Shown: positions 11,428-23,538, counted from the first letter of the whole stretch. The stretch is 63,052 bases of DNA, filler included, from Folioceros fuciformis (GCA_049999805.1; 25 parts of 25 records of this genome joined end to end with filler, not necessarily neighbours in it), one strand, 5' to 3'. A program made the numbers and translations. Notes: generated from the sequence alone by a model not told the origin.

Positions 11428-12885
11428 TCCTCCAGGAGCATGGGATCCAGCGCCAGCTGATCGTGCCCTACACACAGCAACAAAACGGAGTTGCTGAGCG
11501 TAAAAATCAAATGTTGCTCTCCATGACCAGAAGTATGCTCTTGTGGGCTAGCTTACCTCAAGTTTTCTGGGCGGAGGCTATTGTCATTGCTACATATATT
11601 CTTAACAAAGTTCTTACAAGCTCTGTTCCTGGCAAGACCCCCTTTGAAGTCTTCTGGCGCCGTAAGCCTAGCCTCCATCACCTTCGCGTTTTTGGCTCTC
11701 GGGCATATGCTTATATTCCAGCCGAAAAGCGAAAGAAGCTTGACAATCAAGCCCAGGCCCTCCTCTTCATCGGGTACAGTGAGACAGCCAAGGCCTATCG
11801 ACTGTATGATGCCCGATCTCGAACAGCTACCCTCGCTTGGAGTGTCACCTTTATGGAACCTTCACAGCCCGTTCAGTTATCTCCTCTTCATGCCCTTTTG
11901 CAATCAGAGGGAGCTATCCAGCCGGATGAGGATGAATCTGATGTCTGTCTTTACCCACAGGATGACGCCGAGCCCCCAACTCCGGTTGTGGTGCCACCAG
12001 TGGCTCCAGCAGCTCAAGGGGATCTTGCATTAGAGGGGGAAAGTGAATTAAATGACAGCCACAGTGACACCGACAGCCAAAGTGATAGCCATAGCAAAAA
12101 TGAAATGACGATCACCCAGTTGGTTATGAAGAAGATGACCTTGGACCGTTTGACTTGATGCTAATCCAGCTGACCCAGTACCTAATGTGGAGCAACCTGA
12201 GCGTGAAGCTGTGGAAGAACCCGAACCTGAACTTCGATGTTCAACCAGACACAGACCTCCACCTAAGGACTGGAAGGAGCCACCATATGCTTCTATTGAC
12301 TGGAGGACTTTTGGAGCTATAGTGAACATTCTGCTAGCTGATGAGCCTCGTTCCTATAAGGAAGCCATTGCAGGATCTGATAGTCTCAAGTGGAAAGCAG
12401 CTATAGAGGAAGAGTACCAATCTCTCATAAAAAATGAGACTTGGATCCTCACAAACCTGCCAGAAGGGAGAAAACCAATATCCTGTAAGTGGGTTTTAAA
12501 TTGAAAGTGAATGCTAAGGGCGAGATTGCGAGGTACAAAGCAAGGCTCGTTGCTAGAGGTTTTACACAAGTAGAAGGCATAGATTACCAAGAGACCTTCT
12601 CACTTGTTGTGCATACACAGTCCATCAGGATCATTTTGGCCCTAGTTGCTGAACTTGACTTGGATCTTCAACAAATGGACGTGTGTACCGCCTTTCTATG
12701 TGGAGCACTTGATGAGGAGCTCTATATGATGCAACCTGAGGGATACGAGGACAAGAGTCAGCCAGGCAAAGTTCTGAAACTTCTGAAATGTATATATGGG
12801 CTAAAACAGAGTGGGAGGGTATGGTACATTACCATGCACCTATACTTGATTAGCATTGGTTTCAAGCAAAGTACAGCAGATTTAG
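11428..12885 (+). mobile_element. Ty1/copia integrase-RT fragment, degenerate
   Basis: PYTQQQNGVAERKN, EPRSYKEA, KARLVARGFTQVEGIDY, QMDV.TAFL, IYGLKQSGR. Confidence 0.93.
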
Positions 12886-13239
12886 AGAGGAAGGTCTGCT
12901 GATTATCCATCAACATAAGTACATAGGAGAAATCCTGCGTAAATTTAAGATGGATCAAGCCAGGCTTGTGTCCACACCTTATGCAACTGGAATGAAACTC
13001 ACCAGTGAGCAATGTCCACAATCTGAGGGAGAAATTAAGGACATGTCTGCAATCTCCTCGAATACTCCAGCACATCAGCAATGAGTATCCGCTAAGTGTA
13101 ACACAAGCATTAAAAGTTACCTTAGATATATGTTTTGGAACAGGCCTTCCGCCTTCCTGGAAGGCAAAGTGGATCGCCCTAAAGCCCTAGGGAGCACAAA
13201 CAATCATGGCCCAACAGTCAATAACCTCGACTCCTGCAA

Positions 13240-13830
13240 CTAACTTCATCCCAAAGGAAGATAAGTTTGATGGAGTTTGGAACAACTGACAATGGGTCTA
13301 CAAATGATGGATTGGTAGCAAGAAATGTAACAAAATCATCATCACTAACCTCTACCTCTGTCTCTACAGAATGGTCTGCTACTTCAGCACTATCAATATC
13401 AAGGAGAACACCTGGAGGATGAACCAGAGACTCAAGGACAAAACTTTCATCGAAGGCAACTGTCTTAGCATGAGACACTTGACGGGTAGCTGGATTAAAC
13501 AGCTTATATCCATGTATCCCTGCTGTGTATCCAATGAAAATATGATGCTTAGACTTGAATGCAACCTTATGGCGAAGCTTATCTGGTATGTGTGCATAAG
13601 CTGTGCTGCCAAAAACTTTGAGATGAGACAAATCTGGTTTGCTACTTGTCCAAACTTCAAAGGGTGTACTACCACAAAGAGAAGAAACAGCTGAACGATT
13701 TTGAAGGTATGTTGCAACTTGCACTGCTTCTGCCCAGAATTTAGTTGAAAGTCTCTCTTGATAGAGGAGAGCTCTAGCAGCATCTTGAATTGTTCTATGT
13801 CTTCTCTTAGCTCGACCATTTATATCAGAG
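13240..13830 (-). mobile_element. Ty1/copia integrase C-terminal fragment, opposite orientation
   Basis: FWAEAVQVATYLQNR, TPFEVW..KPDLSHLKVFGS.AYAHIP, IFIGY...GYKLFNP. Confidence 0.88.
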
Positions 13831-13913
13831 TGATAAGGAATGGTTATAGATCAGGCTAGGATCAAATGCTTGGACAAAAGAGATTGAACGCAAAAATTAA
13901 TTGTATTGTGCAC

Positions 13914-14117
13914 TGTGAACCTCCAAAGTTTGGGGTAGTAGTTTGTTTTGGTTGAAAAAGGGTTAATAGTGGTATGGTTTGGTTTTCTTTTTCAACTTAT
14001 TTTTCCTAATTTTCCTTGATTTTCTGGTTATTTTTCCTATTTTTCTTTGTGCTAATTGGGTTAATTGACCAGGAAATAGTGGGTTTGGTTATAAGAGTGG
14101 GTATAGGTTTGGTCCCA
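13914..14117 (+). repeat. LTR family A 5' portion
   Basis: TGTGAACCTCCAAAG start; matches 39838 onward. Confidence 0.82.
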
Positions 14118-14217
14118 NNNNNNNNNNNNNNNNNNNNNNNNNNNNNNNNNNNNNNNNNNNNTTAATTAATTAANNNNNNNNNNNNNNNNNNNNNNNNNNN
14201 NNNNNNNNNNNNNNNNN

Positions 14218-14686
14218 CGACTCAACACTAGGCTCCAAGTAGCCCGCCATCCACTGACGACTCGCAGACCACCTCCTCTAGGTGCTGCTCTTTATTCCAG
14301 ATACTTACAAAAGAGTCCGGCGATCTACGCCCCACTGGTTACTGCCCTAGACTCAATCTGACCACCTCCACAGCTATGCCTCAAGGCTAGACTTCTCACT
14401 GTCTGCTTCTCTCTCTCTGTGTATTAGTGTATCACAATATATCCTTAAGACCCTAACACTGGCCTATTTATACTTCACAGCTAAGCCACTCCTTAAGACC
14501 CTAACATTGGCCTATTTATACTTCACAGCTAAGCCACTCCTTAAGACCCTAACACTAGCCTATTTATACTTCACAGCTAAGCCACTCCTTAAGACCCTAA
14601 CACTGGCCTATTTATACTTCACAGCTAAGCCACTCCTTAATAACCTAACACTGGCCTATTTATACTCCACAGCTGGGAATGATACA
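14218..14686 (-). mobile_element. Putative LTR (partial) downstream of RAF2
   Basis: Minus strand starts TGTATCA, then TATAAATAGG boxes, a GA tract and AATAAA. Confidence 0.45.
14443..14674. repeat. 48-bp tandem repeat, about 4.8 copies
   Basis: CCTTAAGACCCTAACACTGGCCTATTTATACTTCACAGCTAAGCCACT at 14443, 14491, 14539, 14587, 14635. Confidence 0.95.
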
Positions 14687-14889
14687 CGCCACTCATCTCA
14701 GAATCCTAGTGGTCATTACAACTCCATCCTTTTTAGGAGGTTTTGCTTGGAACACACATCTTGTTTCAAAAAGGCAGCAAGAAGCATACTCTCTAGATTT
14801 AGTTTTCATCTTTTTATTTTTAACTTTTACCTTATTTCACTTGTATTATTACTACCATAGTTAATTACATGCGCTAAGCTACATTTGCA

Positions 14890-15545
14890 TCAAGCCCAGA
14901 ACTTGTTTTTCTTGAAAATGAGATCCGAGGTCTTCACGCGATCGATTCTAGCAGCCACGATGAAGTCATTTTCCGTCAAGCCTCCTGCCAAACAATATGT
15001 TAGTCACGGAAACGAAGCAAGTAGAAGTAGGACGAGGTGGACAGGACGAAGCCACGGACCGATGGAGTGAGACCACAAGCAGACTCTGGCTCTGTTGCCG
15101 AGTTCAAGATGAAGGTCAGGGTGATGACCAGCAGCCTCCGCCACCTCAGCTATACGTTCGAACAGGTCAATACCCGCAGCAAAGCTCTTGAGCTTCCACT
15201 CGCACTCGATGCGAAGACCTCCCTCTCCCTGGTCGACAAGTCTCCAGCCAACTATCTGCGACAACCAAGCAGACTCCGAACGAAGGTAAGCTGCATGCTC
15301 AAACTTTTCTCATACTTGAGGTCGGTGAGGAGTGAACCTTTCGAAGCAGAGCTTTGGCCTCGTCCGCGGAAAGAGGCTGCGCGCCTGGAGCAAGGTGTGT
15401 GATGGCGCGGTCGGCCAGGCCCAGGAGATGCGGCGGAATGAGAATCACATGCTCCGTGCTGGCATTTCCTAACACCTTATCTCCGAATCTGCTCTCGATT
15501 TCAGATGATGTTGGATCTCTGGCTCCAATTTCTCCCAAGGGATCC
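14890..15545 (-). CDS. RAF2: Rubisco accumulation factor 2 / plastid pterin-4a-carbinolamine dehydratase-like protein; exons 15545-15338, 15255-15060, 14984-14890; 5' end missing
   Basis: GARDP..EIESRFGDKVLG..STEH.ILIP; GWRLVD..EGGLRI.C.WK; GHHPDLHLE; SIGGLTENDFIVAARID.VKTSDL...WA*; GT-AG introns of 82 and 75 bp keep the frame. Confidence 0.9.
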
Positions 15546-15647
15546 NNNNNNNNNNNNNNNNNNNNNNNNNNNNNNNNNNNNNNNNNNNNTTAATTAATTA
15601 ANNNNNNNNNNNNNNNNNNNNNNNNNNNNNNNNNNNNNNNNNNNNTG

Positions 15648-15752
15648 GGCAAAGGCAAAGGGAGGGGGAATGATAAGGATAAAGGCAAGGGTAAGGGCTT
15701 CGGCTTCAAAAAGAAAGGAAACTTCAAGGGCAGGAAGGGGAAAGGAAAATAA
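15648..15752 (+). CDS. Possible Gly/Lys-rich C-terminus of an unidentified gene, cut by contig break
   Basis: GKGKGRGNDKDKGKGKGFGFKKKGNFKGRKGKGK* with varied third positions. Confidence 0.35.
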   Translation, partial: GKGKGRGNDKDKGKGKGFGFKKKGNFKGRKGKGK

Positions 15753-16221
15753 GTGTGCCAGATTCCTGGAACCTTTTTTAAGAAGCAAAGCTTAGCATAC
15801 GAGTTAGGTTGAATTTTTGACGTCATCCGTCGCATTATCGTTGTTCCGAGGTCGACAAGAGGCTCGTTAACAGTCACACTTAAATCATTTAAGTTTCCTA
15901 ATTCGAGCTATTAACTGACGCTGAACGCAGTAGCCATCTTCATTGTCCGCTGCAGGCAATGTGCCCACGGGCCCTAGGGTTCGTGAGTGTCATAAGTTAC
16001 GAACACGTGTAAATTTGGATTTGGCGTTACACACGTGGGTAGTGCCTACGAATTTCCAGCCATCTCCAAGAATGGCCCTTGGTGCACTTCCAAAACCTTG
16101 GCAAGTCAATTTGTTTCTAATGCCATCGAGGATAAGTATGGCATTACAAAGAGGATAGACTACTTGCCCCCTTTCGCAGGACCATATACATACACCACAT
16201 TTGACCAATGTGGTGCTAGGA

Positions 16222-16891
16222 TATGGCATACCAAAGGGGACACTCTCTCACTATACATTTTTTAATGTTTTTCCATGGTGGGGTACTTATCCGAATATTC
16301 CCTTTTGATGCTTATATTTTTCCTCGTCGTTTTGCTAAACTGACCAAACCGGACTCCGCACCAAGGTGGACACAAAAAAACACAACTCTTCGTTTTCATG
16401 TTCACACTCTGTGTGAACATGAAATTTGTCATAGAAGATTCCTGTTGCCTAGGGTTGGATCTTCACAAAATATTCTCTTTTTAGGATTGGATCAGAATAT
16501 TCTTTGTGACTCTCTTTGTGACTCCGTCACTGGAGGTGGAGGGCATTGGTATGGCATGAGGCTGGATGACAGGAAGGGGGGAGGGGCTGAGCGCATGAAC
16601 TTGCATGAGCGTATAGTCGTAGATGCCTGGCGGATGGGGGAAGGCGTGTGCGTCGGAAGAAGGCATGCGAAACCCTAAACCCCGAGCAGAAAAGGCAGAG
16701 AATGGGCGGTGAGAGATTTGGCTAGGGTGGTAGCAGGTTTTGACCTCCACACAAGTTTTTTCACATGCATCTGTCAATTGTCCGGTTTGGTTTTGGCCCT
16801 CAAACTCGCGTATGCGCCAAAGAGGACACATAACCAGTGTGTTTGTAAAAAAACCTAGAGATAGGGGGCATGTCCCCTTTGGTATGCCATA
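16222..16891 (+). mobile_element. Non-autonomous TIR element (MITE-like), 670 bp, 6-bp TSD CTAGGA
   Basis: 21-bp perfect TIR TATGGCATACCAAAGGGGACA; CTAGGA at 16216-16221 and 16892-16897. Confidence 0.9.
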
Positions 16892-17620
16892 CTAGGATGA
16901 ACAATTTCCTCCTTCAAAAGCACCACACACACCTATGGAATACTAAAGAGGAAACAAAGTACCTGTCATCTTTCACCACAATGCTAAGAATTGGGAGTCC
17001 ACTCTAGTCCCCAAACTAGCGGTACCCCACCTCTCCAAAGGAAACATCTGGGGTTTACAACCACATAGCGCACGGGATCTCTATCTCGTGCAGCACATTT
17101 TTTTGGCAAACCATGGAACGCGAACGCGCTTGGACTCTCCACTAACACGCACGGCTGCGAACTCACTTGGAATCTCCACTAATGAGCATACACTGCGAAC
17201 TCGCCTACCTCCGGCCACACTAACCCTCATGTTTGGGTTTGAGGTTCGCTCCCCCGCAGTGTGGCTTCGTTGCTGAATTCGATGGCCACAAGAAGGCTGT
17301 GCGGGATGGATGCAGCTAAGATGTCAAGGGATATGGCTTGGATGTCAAGAAGCCTTGTGGCTTAAGAGGGTCTAAGGCTACAAAGCCCATGACTCCCTTC
17401 GCCCAACGTTTGCTGCTAGCCTTAGACCTAGGCAAAGAGGTTGGTCATCACTTCCATTGAACCTAACGTGCTTTGGTTGGGATCATCTATGCCAACTGAG
17501 GGGTGATCAGCTAGTAGGGAACCTAGGTGGTAGCTCGTAGGAGCAGACAATGCTCCCAATATGCCCAGCCTCGTGCAGATGTTGTGCTCCCCTTCTCCAA
17601 GCACGTGCTTTGTAGCCACC

Positions 17621-17914
17621 TGTGAATGAAAAAAACTTTCGGAACCCCCATTTTGAGCGACGGAATGAGCAGGTTGTGATTTTTTTTGTGAAGGGACAGA
17701 CGAATCGGCTTAGTAGGTGAATAAGACCAGGGTGTTGATACCCAAAGTCCTCCTCGGGCTTCGGGGTTTGGTGTGTATTGGAGACCGGGACAAGGAGGGG
17801 GAATAAGCGAGTGCCTCCTTGGCCCTCGGGTCATTGAGAACATTAAGGACCAGGTCTGTAGGTAGGTGAATGGGGTATGTCCTTGGCCTTTGGTGGTCCG
17901 GGACCCCTTAGGTA
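17621..17914 (+). repeat. LTR family C 5' portion
   Basis: TGTGAA(C/T)GAAAAAAACTTTCGGAAC; matches 21440 and 60243. Confidence 0.8.
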
Positions 17915-18329
17915 NNNNNNNNNNNNNNNNNNNNNNNNNNNNNNNNNNNNNNNNNNNNTTAATTAATTAANNNNNNNNNNNNNNNNNNNNNNNNNNNNNN
18001 NNNNNNNNNNNNNNTGCAGTGGGAATGGCACTGGCATTGCAGCTTGGCACTCCTCTGCAAAAGGTCACCAGGTTAGCTCCACACACAGAATGCAGAATTT
18101 AGTCGGAACCAATCATCACTGGGTAAATGCAACCCTGCAACGCGTAAATGCGCTGCCATTGGAGCCTTGTTTTATGGCACCATGAACAACAGCAACACAT
18201 GTCCTGGAAACGAAACCATTCTTTTGCAAGAGCTTGTTGCACCAGGCATCGCTGCTACATGCGATGCTTGCTGCATCGCGCATCCAGCATCCTACCTAAA
18301 ACAAAGGGCCTCAGCGAGACCACAGGTTT

Positions 18330-18839
18330 GGAGCTTGGAATTCTTCTGAACCGTGTATGGATGGAAGGAGACTGAAGATGGAGGCCTGGTGATCGACCTC
18401 CAGAGGAAGAAGACCCAAAAGGCCACAGCAGCAGCAATTATGAAGCCTAGGGAGGTGAGAGCTAACAACGGGATGCGTGGTTCAACAATCGGTGTTGGCC
18501 TAGCTAGTGGGTCTGGCCAAGTGGGCTTCATGTTTCCTACAGAGTAAGAAGTTGGACCATATGGCGGACCATTTCTTAGTCTTTCTCCATGTGGAAGTCA
18601 GAGGTGCGCGAATGGATTGGGGCAAAATAATTTTTGAACAAGCCTGTGAAGAGAGGACGAATTTGCTGGCCTCTTCTCCTCTCCCCTCTCTCATTTCACC
18701 CTTCGTAATTAATATTTTTGCACACTCCAAGTATCTAACGGAGCTGGAGATTGTGTCTTCTTTTCATATCTGGAAGCCAGTCAAGGAGGTTAAAATAGAA
18801 GAAGCACCCATTGGAGAAGATTATTTGTTATCATCATAA
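18330..18839 (+). pseudogene. Frameshifted ORF remnant, probably a retrotransposon accessory ORF
   Basis: G.RMDWGKIIFEQ...LISPFVINIF...YLTELE looks protein-like; family recognition is weak. Confidence 0.35.
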
Positions 18840-18847
18840 ATGGAAGT

Positions 18848-19104
18848 TGTTAGAAGGCATGTAACCTCGTTCCATCTGGTTCATGCCTATAGCCGAACCC
18901 TTTAATAGTTAGGTTAACGTTGAGATTTGAACCGTGCCCTAGATAGACGAGGACACGATTACCAACGGCTAATAACTACTGTAACTTCGCGCGGCACACA
19001 AGTCGCCTCGCGCAACGCGCATAACATTATTCTATTCCTTGTCGCACTCTCTTGCACGCGTCTAGTCTCTACTCAATCCTATAAAACAACATGGTATTAG
19101 AGCC
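18848..19104 (+). mobile_element. Copia 5' LTR (about 18848-19091, TGTT...AACA) and tRNA-iMet primer-binding site 19092-19104
   Basis: ...ACAACA|TGGTATTAGAGCC, one mismatch to TGGTATCAGAGC; LTR start could alternatively be 18826. Confidence 0.78.
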
Positions 19105-19147
19105 TTGTTGATTGCGCGCGCCGATCGGGACGCATCCCGATCTCTCA

Positions 19148-19687
19148 ATGCCTCAAAGAAGGAGCTGATAGTCGGCGCATCACGTTGTCCATCACTCACA
19201 ACGCCCCTTTCATTTGCACACTCTTGAATCCTCGCACAATAGAGGATGTTGTCATGCACCAACACACAAAGTTGTTAGCCCATCACCACCTCTACACCGT
19301 TGCAACAACTGTGGATCAAGAAGCACAAATCTCTCAAATTACCCTGCACACGAAGATTCCAACACTCAGTCCCTCATCCGCTCGCTGTCTTTTTATTGTA
19401 GAACTCAACTACCAGAACTAGTAGCTTCGGCCACAGGTCTGCAAATAGTTGTCTCTATAGCACACCAAGCGATAGCAAACCTGTCTCATCAAGTCTCCAA
19501 CCTACACAAAGATCAGAAGTCCATCAAACTCCTTCTTCTGTCAAAACCTGTGGAAAGCAAAGTAGTCAATACAATAGTGGAGACGAAGGTCGTTGATGTA
19601 ACCAAAGAGATCTTGCTAGAGCATTATGTGGAGGCAACTAGCAAATGCTTCGTAGAGGGCGTCGAGGGAAGTCTCAAGAACCAATAG
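19148..19687 (+). pseudogene. Extra ORF between PBS and gag (His/Cys-rich plus coiled-coil-like)
   Basis: ATG at 19148, TGA-TAG at codons 7-8, then open to 19687. Confidence 0.45.
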
Positions 19688-19770
19688 GGAGTGAACCTAT
19701 AAAGGACCCTAGTGCAAAGAGAAGGGTCCGATCGCGATGGCCGAAGAGGGAGCCATTTCCATTCACATTC

Positions 19771-21439
19771 ATGGCAAATCCGGCGCCAACAACAATGACC
19801 AACATCAGGTTAGACTTCAAGGACAAAGATCGGTTCGATGGTACCGGCTACGATGTCTGGATGGAGAGGGTGAAGATACTTCTCCAGCTTGAGGACCTGT
19901 GGGATGTGGCCTCGGCGCAACTGCCAAGCCTGCCGCAACGGCAGCTGCGGACGTCATCTCGAATTGGAAGAAGATCGACCTGCGTGCACGAGCCCTGCTT
20001 TAGTCAGCGCCGAACAGCTCGATGATGCACCACGTCGACGACGTGGAGACCACAGCTGAAGCTTGGGCGTCCCTCCATCAGGTCTTTGTAACAACGAACT
20101 CAACGTCAATTGTTGCAGCTACTCGTTATTTCTGGAATCTGCGCATGAAGGATTCAAAGAATGTAGAGGACCACATAATGAAGTTCCGCCACCTGAGACA
20201 GCGTTTGGCGTCGGCTGGCACGAAGGTTTCCAAGCTCCAAGTGGCAGTCGCACTCCTAATGTCCTTGCCAGAACGCTTTAGGACTTTCGTGAGTACACAG
20301 AATGTAACCTTGCGAGCCGCAGCAGCAGCGCCTACAGGTACAGTGACAATCACTTTGTCAGAGATCATAGGAGCCTTTCTTGAAGAGGAATCCTCACATC
20401 GCTCAAACAAAGGAGCGTCCTCGAATTCAAGCAATAAAGTATTGTACACATCAAGGGGGAGGGGAAGAGGACAACCTCAAGCTGGCCGCCCTTCATGGCC
20501 CCTAAGGAAGCAAGCTCCAAGCAGAGACTGGTCGAGTGCACCCTCAACTTCTCCACGCAAGAAGGGCAACTGCAACTGGTGTAGGTTCCCCGGCCATCAC
20601 GAGCATGAATGCCGGAAGAAGAAGGCAGGCGAGCCACGTCGACCTGCACCACCAGAAGCTAACACTGCCACAAAGCTGAGAGGATCCAATGTCATACTGG
20701 CAGTCCACATGGTACACTCGGCCATAGATAGGCACTCTTGGTTTCTTGACTCTGGGCTTCGGCCCACATTTGCAACACTAGATCACTGTTTAGTGAGTTC
20801 AGCAAGGGACCACCAAAACAATACGCACTGTTAGGAGACGATAGTGGCCTGATCATTGAAGGTACGGGTACTATGAGTGTTAAGCTGGCTAATGGAGCAG
20901 AGTTGTTGCTCGAAGAAGTCTTGCTTATGCCGCAGATGGCGAAGAACTTGGTGTCGATGCGGCACCTGTGCAAGCAGCATAGAGTTCAAGTCAACTTCAA
21001 GGGTGAAGAGTGTGTGATCATCTCAACTGGCAACATCAAGTCTGAGATAGCCAGAGGAGTACCAGTACATGACTTGTACAAGCTCGACTTCTCCATCAAC
21101 AAGGTGCAGCTTGAAGAAGTTCACACAGAAATCGTTGCAATTGCAAAAAGAGTCAACTCTGACATGTATAGGGATAAGATAAATCTTACAGTTCCTGATA
21201 ATGTGTTTTGTGAATCATGTACTTCTGGCAAACACAATTTGCCTCACAAAAACACTGATGCAACACGGGCCACTCACCTTCTTGAGGTAGTACACACAGA
21301 CTTGTGTGGTCCTATGTCCACCACTTCTTTCGGCGATGCTAAGTACGTTATGGTCATAGTAGATGATTGGAGTAGGTTTACACTAACTTATTTCCTTGCC
21401 CATAAGAGTCAGGCACTTGACAGGTTTATCCAGTACTTG
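19771..21439 (+). mobile_element. Ty1/copia gag-protease-integrase start, frameshifted, interrupted by family C LTR
   Basis: FKDKDRFDG, CNWCRFPGHHEHEC, WFLDSG, VHTDLCGP...VDDWSRF. Confidence 0.92.
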
Positions 21440-21719
21440 TGTGAACGAAAAAAACTTTCGGAACCCCCATTTTGAGCGACGGAATGAGCAGGTTGTGATT
21501 TTTTTTGTGAAGGGACGGGCGAATCGGTTTAGTAGGTAAATAAGACCAGGGTGTTTATGCCCAAAGTCCCTCTTGGGCTTCGGGGTTTGGGGTGTACTGG
21601 AGACCGGGACAAGGAGGGGGAATGAGCGAGTGCCTCCTTGCCCCTCGGGTCATTGAGAACATTAAGGACCAGGTCTGTATCCTTGGCCTTTGGTGGTCCG
21701 GGGCCACTTAGGTCATTAT
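21440..21719 (+). repeat. LTR family C 5' portion
   Basis: Matches 17621 and 60243. Confidence 0.8.
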
Positions 21720-21819
21720 NNNNNNNNNNNNNNNNNNNNNNNNNNNNNNNNNNNNNNNNNNNNTTAATTAATTAANNNNNNNNNNNNNNNNNNNNNNNNN
21801 NNNNNNNNNNNNNNNNNNN

Positions 21820-22062
21820 ACCCTATGGCCTGGTACCGGACCTAAACCTTCCCAGGTCTGGGACCACACCTATACCCACTCTTATAACCAAACCAACTAT
21901 TTCCTGGTCAATTAACCTAATTAGCACAAAGAAAAATAGGAAAAATAACCAGAAAATAAAGGAAAATTAGGGAAAATAAGTAGTAAAAGAAAACCAAACC
22001 ATACCACTATTGACCCTTTTTCAACCAAAACAAACTACTACCCCAAACTTTGAAGGTTCACA
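21820..22062 (-). repeat. LTR family A 5' portion
   Basis: Reverse complement of family A, ends ...GGTTCACA. Confidence 0.82.
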
Positions 22063-23538
22063 CACCTTCTGCGAGAGCTGCCAATGTGGAAAGATAACAC
22101 AGTTTCCTTATAATGATCCTAAACCAACCAAGGCTACTACCTTGCTAGAAGTTGTTCATTCGGACATTTGTGGACCCATGTCCACACAATCTATAGGGGG
22201 AGCCATCTATTTCTTATCTTTTTTGGATGAATGGAGTCATTATTGCCAGCTCTATTATTTACATAGCCGCCAGCAGACTTATGCCAAGTTTGTTGAACAT
22301 GTGGCTATGGCTGAAGCTCAAACGGGATGCACCATTAAGCGTTTACGAAGTGACAATGCCAAGGAATATGTGAGCAGAGACTTCAGTGCTTTTTGCAAAC
22401 AAAAGGGCATAATACACCAGTTAACAATTCCATATCATCCGCCCTAAAATCCATTTGCATAGCGCTATAACAGGACTCCGCAAGAAAGGACAAGAGCCGC
22501 ACTCACTTTGGCAGGACTTACCAAGGGATATTGGGCAGAGGCAGTGGACTCTGTCAATTATGTCACCAACAGGTTGCCTCTAAAGCCTTTTTTGACACCA
22601 CACCCTTTGAGAGATAGACTGTTCACAAACCTTGTATTAGTCACCTGAAAATCTTTGGAGCAGTAGCCTATGCCTACATACCAGCAGACAAGCGAAGAAA
22701 GATGGACAACAAAGACACAAAGCATATATTCGTTGGCTATCTAGATACGGTGAAAGGATACAAGCTTTATAATCCCTCCACCAGGGAGGGAGCTATCCAT
22801 AGCACGTAGTGTAAGCTTTAATGAATCCTGTATCCTGCAGTCCCACGAGAAGTTAGTATCCAATTATGACACTCAAAGGCCTACAATCACCATAAATGGC
22901 TATACACCTATACATGAAGACAGTTTACCCTATTCAAATTTAGAAAGTGACCACGTGATTTTGAGCCTGAGACAGCTGTAGTTTTGCTTGTAGCCCCTGA
23001 TCCACTTGGTCATGATAATAATCAGCTTGATGAGGCCATTGTCCAAGCTGATGAGTTGGAGATGGATCCAGCAGAACCTAATATACCAATTCAACCTGCA
23101 CATGATGAACCACTCGAACATGAGTATAATTATGTTGAATAGCCAGCCATGCATGGTTTCACTGAATAGCCAACTAGACACGATTTGGCCATAGATGAAC
23201 CAATTACTCTACGATGCTCAACCAAGATACACAGACCATGTTCATAATGGCTAAATCCTCCTATGAACCTTTCAGCTTTGGCATCAAACTCTATAAGGGA
23301 AAGTCTTGAACAGATGGCTCGACACATGGCCTATGCTGTTATGGAACCACCTGATACTCCAATGACCTACAAGGAGGCTCTCGCCTCACCACAAAAATCA
23401 GATTGGCAAAAGGCAATCGATAGCGAATATAAATCACTCATGGACAACCAAACATGGAAATTGGATAGATTACCTCCAGGGCGTAAGGCAATTACCTCCA
23501 AGTGGGTTTTTAAGTTGAAGCTAAACTTGGATGGTTCT
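22063..23538 (+). mobile_element. Ty1/copia integrase to RT start, decayed relative of 24257-28346
   Basis: HSDICGPMSTQSIGGAIYFLSFLDEWSH, LRSDNAKEY, KAITSKWVFKLK; stops and frameshifts. Confidence 0.92.

Noticed and set aside
12886..13240. Segment between two opposed copia fragments as LINE ORF1
   Set aside because: No convincing motif
14443..14674. Tandem arrays (48, 40, 25 and 50 bp) as CRISPR-like arrays
   Set aside because: Head-to-tail units without unique spacers, no cas genes, eukaryotic context
16223..16678. 151-aa ORF inside the TIR element as its transposase
   Set aside because: No DDE-like features; frame not conserved in other copies
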